Positions 28,729 through 37,737 of a DNA stretch of 64,000 nt are shown here, in pieces. The translations under genes and the position numbers were made by a program. The DNA is from Elusimicrobiota bacterium (GTDB lineage Bacteria > Elusimicrobiota > Endomicrobiia > Endomicrobiales > JBDRNC01). How positions within the stretch are numbered: the stretch's first letter is position 1; every line of letters begins with the position of its first letter. Under the pieces are notes generated by a model that was not told the DNA's origin, ran no database searches, and saw nothing but the letters and a program-made list of their open reading frames with translations. The stretch is taken from assembly GCA_043811535.1 (NCBI GenBank), contig JBDRNC010000004.1, positions 64,001 through 128,000 of the forward strand, in the 5' to 3' direction.

Positions 28729-29847
28729 TCAATCAAAACTCAAACTATTGATCACAAGGCTCTGATTAGTGGCGGTTGTGTGGACATTTATCTTGGGCAG
28801 AATATAAACGGTATTCGCGTCGTATTTAATGCCTTTCAAACTGATGCTATTGGGGCCTACAGGCCCGGGGTAAGCCACTACGTTCCACTTCGTGTTGACG
28901 TACACACCTTCGGAATCAAATTCATCCAGCGCGATATCGTAATTGAGCGCTTCGGTCCTGCTGGCGATGTTATAATACAGGTTCTTCGCGGAACTTGCCG
29001 GCGCTTGCGTGACTGTCGCGGCGTTCGGGTAGGCGCCGCCGGCATCCCAGCTGTTCAAAGAGACGGATATTACCAACTTGTCGTCAGTTGAGTTGACGGC
29101 CGCTCCCTCTCCGTACACCCGCCAGTCCTCTATGCCTTCCGGGGAGAAATCCGCCGACCATATAGCCGATTTCTTCGCTTTTTCTGCTTTTACGGTCTTT
29201 TCGGCTATTTTCATTTCAGTCATCTCTATTTTCGCCGATTTTGACGCCGCTTCTTCCTTTCCGGCGCTGAAAGACAGGATGGCGACTGTCAGGCTCTGGT
29301 TAGTGGCGGTCGTGTGGATATTTATCTTGGGCATGACGTAAACAGTGCCCGGGTCATAAGTGATGCCGGTCAGGTTGACGCTGCCGGAACCTACCTTAGC
29401 GGGATGCGGAACAACATTCCATTTTGTGTTGATATATGTTCCGTCCCCGTTAAATTCGTCCAGGGCGATATCATATGTAAGTCCGGATGTTTTGCTTATT
29501 ACTTTATAGTGCAGTTTCCCGTTGGCCAATTCCTTGACCTCCACCCGTGGAACCTGCGAAACGTCCGGATAAACCGCGCCGGCATCCCAGCTGTTCGCCA
29601 TGGCGGTCATTACCAGATTATCGTCCACGGAAGCGATCGATACCTGCCCTGCATCGCTCTGCCAGGCCAGCCATTTAGTGATGCCTTCAGCCGAGAAATC
29701 CGCCGTCCAGAAAGGCGTATTTTCGGCCATTTCCACTTTCGACGCCGCGGACCCGACCCGCTTGAACGAGAGTTTTTTGTTTGATGCGCCGAAAGCTATT
29801 CCAAACACGAAAGCGACAAGCAAGAATACTGAGGCTGCGCGTACCAT
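28729..29847 (-). CDS. Exported protein made of two tandem WxADFS domains
   Basis: Signal peptide; two ~150-aa copies joined by a K/E/A-rich linker; GAGGAGG RBS. Confidence 0.85.
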   Translation of the reverse strand: MVRAASVFLLVAFVFGIAFGASNKKLSFKRVGSAASKVEMAENTPFWTADFSAEGITKWLAWQSDAGQVSIASVDDNLVMTAMANSWDAGAVYPDVSQVPRVEVKELANGKLHYKVISKTSGLTYDIALDEFNGDGTYINTKWNVVPHPAKVGSGSVNLTGITYDPGTVYVMPKINIHTTATNQSLTVAILSFSAGKEEAASKSAKIEMTEMKIAEKTVKAEKAKKSAIWSADFSPEGIEDWRVYGEGAAVNSTDDKLVISVSLNSWDAGGAYPNAATVTQAPASSAKNLYYNIASRTEALNYDIALDEFDSEGVYVNTKWNVVAYPGPVGPNSISLKGIKYDANTVYILPKINVHTTATNQSLVINSLSFD

Positions 29848-29971
29848 AAATGACCTCCTCTACAGGAATTTTGTCCGGATCGCCCGAATTATTTAAAAAT
29901 ATCGCGTGAAAAACCGACGTCTGATTCCCTCTTCCGCTGCACATACTATACGCTGTATTTTCCTTCATTTC

Positions 29972-29999
29972 AGCGAATTAAATGCGAAAATATTGCGAA
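29972..29999 (-). promoter_or_regulatory. Triple direct-repeat operator
   Basis: AGCGAA-N5-TGCGAA-N5-TGCGAA; TATAGT at 29945-29950. Confidence 0.85.
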
Positions 30000-30011
30000 A
30001 AATAACGCTTT

Positions 30012-33000
30012 TCAGCGGCGGGATGAAAAAGCCAATCCCGAAATAAAACAATATTCCCAGCCCCATTCATTCGCTCCGCCGGCCGCGTTCTCTATCTCTA
30101 TCTTTACTTCCTTGCCGGCATATTCCTTCAAATCGATCGCAAAATCTTTCCATCCCTTTCCGCTTTCCCGCGTGCCGGCGGAAATCAACTCCGATATTTT
30201 CTCTGAGCCGTTTACGCGGACGGCCAGCGCGAAATCGGCTATGCCGGGCCGGGCCGCGTCGGCGGATACCGAGAATTTAAGGTACGCGCCCCTGGCGGGA
30301 ACCCTTACCGCGCGCGAAAGGACGCACGGCGCGTCTTTTTCTTTCGGATGCAGGGCCAGTATCCATTTTCTCCCGGGATGAGGATAATCTTCCTCCCCCT
30401 CAAATGTTTCCTTGAATTTCACGTCCTTGCCCGAGTTTTCAACGGTCCAGTTCCTTGCCCAGTCTTTCTCATCGTCATTGAACAGCGCCGCTTCAGATCC
30501 CGTTCCCTTGATATTTTTCTTCGCCGCCGCGTCTTTCGTTCCCGAAAGGACCACGTCCGCCATATAGCAGTGTTCCCAATGCCATTCGTGTTTTCCGCCA
30601 GCGGCTGCCTCAAATTCAATATTTATGACTTTGTTCGCATAAGGCTTAAGGTCTATGCCTATATCGCGCCATCCGCCCGCAGAAACCTCGCGCCCCGCGG
30701 AAATCACGTCTTTAAACACGGTCCTGCCGTTTATCTTTATTTTAAAAACAAAATCGGCGAAATCGGGCCTGCCGGCATTCGCCGACAGCGCAAGAGCCAG
30801 CCTGCCGCCTGCTTTTGAAACCCTTACGGTCCTGCTCATAACGCATGGCTGGTCCTTTGACAACGGATGAAGGCACAGGATATTATTCTTACCGGGATGC
30901 GGAAAATCTATTTCCCACCTGAAATCCGATACCATTACGGGGCCTTTATCTGGGTCGCAGTCTTTTATTGCCCATCCGAGGGCCCATCCCTTCAACTGCA
31001 TGTTTTCTGTATACGCGAAGTCCGGGTCTATGTCTTCCAGGTATACGTCTGACAGGAAACAATGCCCGGCAAGCGTCAGTTCCGGGCCGACAGCTCCTGC
31101 GATCATTTCGATCCTGGCAGAGCCGCCCGCATACTTCTTCAAATCAACGCTTATATTTTTCCAGTCGTCCATTTCAGCGGCCTTAAAATCACCGTCAAAA
31201 GCATTCTTGCCGTTAACTTTCACCTTAAAATTGAAACCCGCGGTTCCCTGTTTTGCCGCGTTCGGTGATACCGAAAAATGAAGTATTGTCCCCTTTTCCG
31301 GTATCCACGCGTCGCGCGTTATTGATACGGGGTTTTTAACGGATTTCGGGAATACAAGCAATATGTCCTTTTTGCCTTCGTACGGCTTGTCATCCCTGCC
31401 CGAATAACTTATCCTGAATTCCGGCGGAACAGTGTCGCTGTTGCCGGCGATGCTCCATTTCCGGGCCCATCCGCCGAACCTTATCTTGTCATATACGGGT
31501 TCCCGGTCGACTCCTTCGATTTTCAATCCCGACACGAAAGCGTATGAAGCATCCCAGCCGTATGCGCTGTCCGCGTAAAACCTGATCTCAATGGACGCGG
31601 GACGTCCGCTGCGCCCGGCCAGGTCAAATTCGTAATCATGCCAGTTCGCTGCGGACAGCGCTTCGCCCGACCCGACCTGCTCACGCTTTATCTCGCTGCC
31701 GTCAACGCTGACGCTGAGCAGGAAACCCGATTGGCCGGGACGCGCCGCGTCGGCCGATACAGAAAATTTAAGTTTTGCGCCTTTCCCGGGAACGCTTACA
31801 AGCCGGTTCAGCGTCACGGGCATGTCTTTTGACATCGGCCTGACAAGCAGTATATTCTTTCTGCCGGGATTCGGGAAATAGCCGCAATCGTCATAACTGA
31901 CCTGAAATTTCGGCCCCGTCACGGCGTCGCAGGCCTGGATGCCCCAGTAATCGAACAATCCCCAATAATTCTTTTTTTCCGCCGGCGCGTCCTTTTCGGA
32001 ATAAACAGCCGCTGAAGGGTCGAATTTCGGATTCTTCAGGAACTTGCCGTACATTTCGAGGAGCACCGCTTCCGCCTTGTCCGTTTCCCCGTTCAATAAA
32101 AGTTTCCTTGCCGAATCCAGCTTCCCGGACTGCACGGCATATTCGGCGCCCGCGGCGCTTCCGTACACGTTTTTAAGCGTTTTTCTCAGGCTATAGATGT
32201 ACGCGGGCAGTCTCAGCGCCTTTTTGTCGGTCCTGGTCCCTTTAAGTTTTGAGGCATATTCCTGAATAATTTCCAGGCTGCCGTAGCCGTAGCCCTCGGC
32301 GGGATTATCATCATCGCAAATTCCCGGAAAGACAGGTTCGACCGAAGCGCCTTCGTTAAAATCATTCCACGTGGGTATCTGGATGAACCGGACGTCATTC
32401 TGTATCAGATCCTCCCATGTCGCCCTTAATTTGGTCTCGTTGTCCCTTCTCGTTATCCCGATCGCGCTTCCCGAACCCCACCCCCCGCATCCGCGGTTAT
32501 CAAATCCGGCCATGACAGAACCGCTTATGAACGAAAATCTTCCTTTTCCGACGAGACCGTCAGCTAGTTTCCAGTATTCCGGCAACGCGTTCACGTTGGA
32601 ATGGAAACAATCGCCCCAGGGAACGATTGAATCGTATTTTTCAAAATTATCTTTTCGCCAGTAGTGGGAATGCCAGTCGTGGATAAATACGGGGCTTTTT
32701 TTCAGCGATGAAAGGACCGCCTCCCATTCATACGCGTTCAGCCACGTGTCTTTAACCGAATCGCCCGGCGATCCCCACGCGAAATTAGTAATAAGCGGAT
32801 TGCCGTTCCATTTAATATAGGCCTTTGAACTGAAATACTCTTTTTCAAGATACTCCATATATTTTTTCCCGAGCTCAACGGCTTCGCTCCTGGCCGCCAC
32901 ATCGGCGGCATAACCCGGGAACAATATCTGATCCTCAAAACAAACGCCCACCTGGAAAATTCCCAGCTCCTCGGCTTTTTTCAGCAGAGCCTTGAAAGAG

Positions 33001-33365
33001 ATGTCGTCATAAACGTGGCCCGGACCGTACCAATCGCAGACAAAACCGTCTATGCCCGCGATGCGCGCCAGCAGAATATGGTATTCGCAGAGGTCCGGAT
33101 CCGCCGAATCATACGGCCCGATAACGGGATAATAAACGGAAGAGATATCCCGAAATCCCTGAGCGTTTTTCTGGTCCGGATAATGCCAGTATCTCCTGGA
33201 TATGTCCCCCCTGTTCACCTGCCAGTGCCCCCAGCTGCCGGAATAATCCGGGGTCTGGTACCACAGCATGTAATGCGCGACTATGACAGGCGGCTTCGCT
33301 TTCTCCGCGTATCCGGAGGAAACAAGAAACATCAGCGCGGCCATGGCCGGAAGCAATCTTCTCAT
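30012..33365 (-). CDS. Secreted GH99/GH71-like endo-alpha-glycanase with four C-terminal beta-sandwich repeats
   Basis: VAHYMLWY, YYPVIGPYDSADP, AGIDGF..DWYG, TWNDFNEG..VEP; four ~160-aa repeats. Confidence 0.8.
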   Translation of the reverse strand: MRRLLPAMAALMFLVSSGYAEKAKPPVIVAHYMLWYQTPDYSGSWGHWQVNRGDISRRYWHYPDQKNAQGFRDISSVYYPVIGPYDSADPDLCEYHILLARIAGIDGFVCDWYGPGHVYDDISFKALLKKAEELGIFQVGVCFEDQILFPGYAADVAARSEAVELGKKYMEYLEKEYFSSKAYIKWNGNPLITNFAWGSPGDSVKDTWLNAYEWEAVLSSLKKSPVFIHDWHSHYWRKDNFEKYDSIVPWGDCFHSNVNALPEYWKLADGLVGKGRFSFISGSVMAGFDNRGCGGWGSGSAIGITRRDNETKLRATWEDLIQNDVRFIQIPTWNDFNEGASVEPVFPGICDDDNPAEGYGYGSLEIIQEYASKLKGTRTDKKALRLPAYIYSLRKTLKNVYGSAAGAEYAVQSGKLDSARKLLLNGETDKAEAVLLEMYGKFLKNPKFDPSAAVYSEKDAPAEKKNYWGLFDYWGIQACDAVTGPKFQVSYDDCGYFPNPGRKNILLVRPMSKDMPVTLNRLVSVPGKGAKLKFSVSADAARPGQSGFLLSVSVDGSEIKREQVGSGEALSAANWHDYEFDLAGRSGRPASIEIRFYADSAYGWDASYAFVSGLKIEGVDREPVYDKIRFGGWARKWSIAGNSDTVPPEFRISYSGRDDKPYEGKKDILLVFPKSVKNPVSITRDAWIPEKGTILHFSVSPNAAKQGTAGFNFKVKVNGKNAFDGDFKAAEMDDWKNISVDLKKYAGGSARIEMIAGAVGPELTLAGHCFLSDVYLEDIDPDFAYTENMQLKGWALGWAIKDCDPDKGPVMVSDFRWEIDFPHPGKNNILCLHPLSKDQPCVMSRTVRVSKAGGRLALALSANAGRPDFADFVFKIKINGRTVFKDVISAGREVSAGGWRDIGIDLKPYANKVINIEFEAAAGGKHEWHWEHCYMADVVLSGTKDAAAKKNIKGTGSEAALFNDDEKDWARNWTVENSGKDVKFKETFEGEEDYPHPGRKWILALHPKEKDAPCVLSRAVRVPARGAYLKFSVSADAARPGIADFALAVRVNGSEKISELISAGTRESGKGWKDFAIDLKEYAGKEVKIEIENAAGGANEWGWEYCFISGLAFSSRR

Positions 33366-33497
33366 CTTTCCTCTTTACGCAAATCCGTATACATTATATC
33401 TTGCCTGCGTCGCGTTTTATCTGCGGACTGCCCGGCAAGTCAATGCTTTCTTGAGTGATTCGGATATTCTTCGGGAGTTTAGCAGAACAGGAGCATA

Positions 33498-34100
33498 TTA
33501 CTTCGCGGGGCGGCTCCTGATTATCGTATTTATCTGTGAAGAAAGGTCATTTACCACTTTTTCGGCGACGATTCCCGCGACGCTCTTCCTGAATTCAGGC
33601 GCCCCCCACTTGACCTGCCCGCGCGTTTCAAAGTCCATTATTTTGTCGTTCGCCAATTCCGATTCATCGGGTCCGGGCAGGAAGCTCCTTAGTTTCTTGG
33701 ACGTTTCCTCATATTCGCTTTTCAGTTCGGTCGCCCAGCCTGTAGCGGGGCCGAGCAGGCGCAGGGTTATCTTCAGACTTGCTTTGTATCCTTTGTAACT
33801 GACCAGCGGCATGCTGTCGTATTCCTGCTGTCCGAGCTCAAACTCCGATATTTCACCTTCTATGACTGTTTTTCCTTCCGTATTCTGCCCGTTTTTGTGG
33901 TCCGCAACGCGGAATCCTCTGGCTGAAAGCGCTTTTCTCAGATCCCTCGTAAGTTCATAGGATATTTTCCAATCGTCGTTTTCTTTGAACGCAGATAGGT
34001 TGAAAAGCCGTTTCAATATTATCGCGTCGTCCGCCAGCGCCTGCGCGGCAAGCAATCCCGCACACATCACAAGGCCCGCTGCTATAAGGGCTTTCCGCAT
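33498..34100 (-). CDS. Exported hypothetical protein (CsgG/LptE-like alpha/beta pattern)
   Basis: Signal peptide; L..AL...GF.V, VIEGEISEF, C-terminal amphipathic helix; fold assignment is tentative. Confidence 0.6.
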   Translation of the reverse strand: MRKALIAAGLVMCAGLLAAQALADDAIILKRLFNLSAFKENDDWKISYELTRDLRKALSARGFRVADHKNGQNTEGKTVIEGEISEFELGQQEYDSMPLVSYKGYKASLKITLRLLGPATGWATELKSEYEETSKKLRSFLPGPDESELANDKIMDFETRGQVKWGAPEFRKSVAGIVAEKVVNDLSSQINTIIRSRPAK

Positions 34101-34188
34101 ATTCCATTCCCTTCAAGGCGCCTGACATTTAGATATTAAATCAAGTTGTGTGCCTTATAACACAATACACATCACACATAACGAATTT

Positions 34189-35544
34189 TTATTCTTGAGC
34201 ATGTATCTCTACCCTGCGGTTCCTGTCGATACCGAAAGGCTCATTGACTGAAGCTATCGGCCTTGAACCGCCGTATCCTATGACTTCGATTCTCTTGGCC
34301 GCGACGCCGTATTTTTTAACGAGATACTCCTTGACAGCGGCGCCCTGCTTGTACGTGAGCGCCGTGTTCGCGTCGGGATCGCCAAGCGGATCGGTATGGA
34401 CCTCAATATTTATGTTCAACTCGGGATAATCCAGAAGAATCTGGCCAATTAAGTCGAGCGTGTCGTAGCCCTGGGAGGGCTTGTCAGTGCCGACCTCGAA
34501 TTTCAGCTGTGTAAGTTCACCAAGCTGTATTCCGTTCGCCAAATCATTTATTTTTGCCGCGCCTTCCATTTTCCGCGGCTGCGCTCCGCTTTCCGTGAAC
34601 CCCTCCGGGGCTTCGCTTTCGTCCCCGGGTTCGTACGCAACTGTCGTATCGGCCTTTTTTCCGAACCGGAACGTAGTAGAAAGGCGCATCACCGGCAGGT
34701 TTTTCAAGACGAGCGGATAAATATAGGCAAAATCTATGACGAAAGGATAGTTGCCCCGCTCGCCGGTCTTGTAAGAAGCCCCCATGGATACGCTGCCGCC
34801 GCCGACCGTGCCTTCCCAGCCGCCGCGCAAAGCGTATTTCTCTTCCGAAAACCATTGCTCCAGGCCGAGCGCGAATGCCTGTTTGTTGTTCTGCATGTTC
34901 ACGTCGGCGGCAAAGTTCAGTCCGCCGGGCCTGAAATACAGTATTCCCGTCCTCACATTAAGCGGAAGAAGTTCCTGCCCTACGGAACCTATGTCGGGCC
35001 TGTTGAGGTTGGCAAGCGTAAGGCCTAATACCATGCTATCGCTGAAAAGATACTGGCATCCCAGATCCAGTCCGTAGCTGGATTTTCCGAGCGATTCGCT
35101 TGTATCATTGAAGTACTGCGCCGTAGCGGCGTTCCATCTCATGAATTTGATATTGGCCCCGAGAAGTAATGTGTCGGTTACCGCGTATGAAGGCGTCAGG
35201 ACTATCATTATCTCCTTGTATTTGGCGCTTGAAAGCTGGGCCGCCGATAATCCCCAAGCCGTTATATCTCCTCTTACCGCGGCCGCCACTAGACTCTGTG
35301 AAATGCTGTCATTCACGAGTCCGGGATAAAGGGAGGCGTAGCTCATGCCGACGCTGTCCCCATCGATCCTCACAAGTCCCGAAGGATTTATCAACGCGCT
35401 CATCACGTCGTCGCTCATGCCGGAGAACGCGCCGCCCATACCCTGCGCCCGGACCGACGACTCCGGCATTGTATCGAAGGCCGCGAAGGCCCCGGACGCA
35501 AAAGCGAATGCTATTAAGATGGTAATTGAAAGTCGCCGTTTCAT
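34189..35544 (-). CDS. PorV/PorQ-like barrel fused to an OmpA-like C-terminal domain
   Basis: SVRAQGMGGAF..DD...NPSGL; IDFAY; then INIEVHTD, GYGGSRPIA, NRRVEI. Confidence 0.82.
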   Translation of the reverse strand: MKRRLSITILIAFAFASGAFAAFDTMPESSVRAQGMGGAFSGMSDDVMSALINPSGLVRIDGDSVGMSYASLYPGLVNDSISQSLVAAAVRGDITAWGLSAAQLSSAKYKEIMIVLTPSYAVTDTLLLGANIKFMRWNAATAQYFNDTSESLGKSSYGLDLGCQYLFSDSMVLGLTLANLNRPDIGSVGQELLPLNVRTGILYFRPGGLNFAADVNMQNNKQAFALGLEQWFSEEKYALRGGWEGTVGGGSVSMGASYKTGERGNYPFVIDFAYIYPLVLKNLPVMRLSTTFRFGKKADTTVAYEPGDESEAPEGFTESGAQPRKMEGAAKINDLANGIQLGELTQLKFEVGTDKPSQGYDTLDLIGQILLDYPELNINIEVHTDPLGDPDANTALTYKQGAAVKEYLVKKYGVAAKRIEVIGYGGSRPIASVNEPFGIDRNRRVEIHAQE

Positions 35545-35545
35545 T

Positions 35546-37696
35546 TTACGAGAATTTTATATACAGTCTTATGAAATACAGGTCTTCATCGCGTACCTTG
35601 AGCATTGTCGACGGAAGCACGCTGTTGATGTGGTTATACCCCCCCAAAAATATGAAATTGTATCCCAGCGCGTTCTGCTTGAAAGATATTTCATAGGCCA
35701 AAAGGTCCGTATCGCTCTCCGACGTTTTATCGGTCCCTCTGAGCCAAAGGTAGTTTTTGCCGCCCCGCAGGTACAATCCGCTCATGAGCTCATATTTGGC
35801 TGCAAGGATCAGGTTATTCCCGTACGTTCCGGCTGAAGACGTCCCGTCATACTGATACGTCTCCATGTATTTATACTTAGGTTCAAATGTGAGCATGTCC
35901 AGGATACCGTAAGGATCGCGCAGGTTTTCCGGAATTTTGAAAAAATATTCCGCGCGGGAACTCATCCCCTGCCTGGTCTTGATGATCCTGTCGGCAAGCA
36001 TGTTATTCACGCGGGACTGCATCTTATTCTCTATCTTCAAGTCCCTGAAAGGATTGACCTTAAGCGCGACGCTCATGTCGTCATAAACGCTGTCCGTAAA
36101 TTCAGTCTGGTCGGGCCCGCTGAAATCACCGTACCTGACAAGATCCTGAGGATAGGTATCCCTGACCCTTTTAGTCGTATAATCCAGATCGAGCTGCATT
36201 ATTTTCTCGAATCCCTGGGAATACGAGATGTTCAGGGACTGCGCCTTGTTGTATATGTTGGATGAATCCGATACTTTCTGCTCGTCAAGGTTCGCGACCG
36301 TCACCTGCACGGGCGCGAGAAGCCAGTAGAGATCGCTGTCAATATCCAGTTTCACCAGATCGCCCAGGTCTTTCAGGCAGTATGTAAGATACACATACGT
36401 CCCTTTCATGTCCTTTCTCAACGAATAATCCGAGAACTTATAATCGGGCAGATTATCGTCTTCATACTTATCGGGTATCCAGTTGTTGTTGCGGTCATTT
36501 CCGGTCCAGAGATAGGGATGTTCCGACTGGTAGAACAGGTTCGGTTTCCGCCAGTCATATTCGCCCGTAGCATCCCTGTCGTACAGATAGAAAAACCTTG
36601 TCAGCGGGATATTCATCGGATTCGCCTGGGGCTTCCAGAGCCATGTGTACCAGGCTTCCGAATTATCGGCTGTGGGAAACGTAGAGTCGAGCAGTCCGGG
36701 CAGCTGGCCGTCCGTATTGGTATCTACCCATTTGTCGTTATCGTCGTTATCGTCCACAAGATTGAACCTGCTGGTCGGGGTTTCATAGGTAGTGCTGTAT
36801 TCCTGCTGAATAAGATAGTTCTCGCATCCGACGATTATGTTGCCGTCCCTGAAGCTTTTCTTCGCTTCAAAATACTGGGCGAAGGCGTCTGTCGACGATG
36901 CGATAAGCGATTGCCTGCTTATCGCGTAGTCGTATTTCAGGCTGATACCCATGACATCGCCCTCCAGCGAAGGGCCGAAAACCTGGAGAGTATGCGAGGA
37001 TATCCCGTTCAAATACGGGCTTTCTTCATAAACCTTGGCATAATTGTATCCGATGTCCAACTTGACGTAATCGGGTATTTCCAGTTTCTTGTACCCGATA
37101 TCTCCGCCGATAAGCGACGTGCCGTAGGACCGCACCTGTTTGATGTCAGCCCCCCACGCGTCGCTCTTGGGTTCCTGCGGGTCTATCCAGGAATATATGC
37201 CGGTCACGGCGTATTTTTTCGACGAAAAGCTGGTCTTCAATCCCGGCAGTTGGACCTTGTACAGCGTAAAGGGAGTGAAGAATGCGGTCTTTTTCGCTGT
37301 CCAGTTCTGCCAGAGATTGCCTATCAGGAACGACGCCTTGGAATCCTGTTTCTTGAACTCAAAATACCAGTCCGCCCTGGGGCCCGACAGCCAGTCCCTT
37401 TTCGCGTCCCCTTCCAGAGTGGCGTAGTACGGCCAATATAACTGTTCCTTTGGTTTTAATATGCTCTGGTAACCGCTGCCGTCAAACGCCCTGAGGTTTT
37501 CCATGTCATAAACCGGCGTTGCCTTCCCCATGCTGTTTGAAAAACTGTCAAAGTATTCCGGGAATTCGTTATTCAGCAGAGTCTTTTTCCCGGGGAAAGC
37601 CCAGGAACAGGAAAATAAAATACTGACAAGCGCCGCCGAGACGGCGTAACCTGCCAGTTTACGCAAAGTAGCCTTGCCTGCTTCTTTATTTATCAC
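35546..37696 (-). CDS. Putative outer-membrane beta-barrel with Asp/Asn-rich Ca-binding-like loops
   Basis: Signal peptide; aromatic alternating strands; C-terminal FIRLYIKFS; VDDNDDNDKW and DRNNNWIPD..EDD motifs. Confidence 0.65.
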   Translation of the reverse strand: MINKEAGKATLRKLAGYAVSAALVSILFSCSWAFPGKKTLLNNEFPEYFDSFSNSMGKATPVYDMENLRAFDGSGYQSILKPKEQLYWPYYATLEGDAKRDWLSGPRADWYFEFKKQDSKASFLIGNLWQNWTAKKTAFFTPFTLYKVQLPGLKTSFSSKKYAVTGIYSWIDPQEPKSDAWGADIKQVRSYGTSLIGGDIGYKKLEIPDYVKLDIGYNYAKVYEESPYLNGISSHTLQVFGPSLEGDVMGISLKYDYAISRQSLIASSTDAFAQYFEAKKSFRDGNIIVGCENYLIQQEYSTTYETPTSRFNLVDDNDDNDKWVDTNTDGQLPGLLDSTFPTADNSEAWYTWLWKPQANPMNIPLTRFFYLYDRDATGEYDWRKPNLFYQSEHPYLWTGNDRNNNWIPDKYEDDNLPDYKFSDYSLRKDMKGTYVYLTYCLKDLGDLVKLDIDSDLYWLLAPVQVTVANLDEQKVSDSSNIYNKAQSLNISYSQGFEKIMQLDLDYTTKRVRDTYPQDLVRYGDFSGPDQTEFTDSVYDDMSVALKVNPFRDLKIENKMQSRVNNMLADRIIKTRQGMSSRAEYFFKIPENLRDPYGILDMLTFEPKYKYMETYQYDGTSSAGTYGNNLILAAKYELMSGLYLRGGKNYLWLRGTDKTSESDTDLLAYEISFKQNALGYNFIFLGGYNHINSVLPSTMLKVRDEDLYFIRLYIKFS

Positions 37697-37737
37697 TTAG
37701 TTCCTTCACTTCAAGGCATCCTGCAACCGCCTAATAA

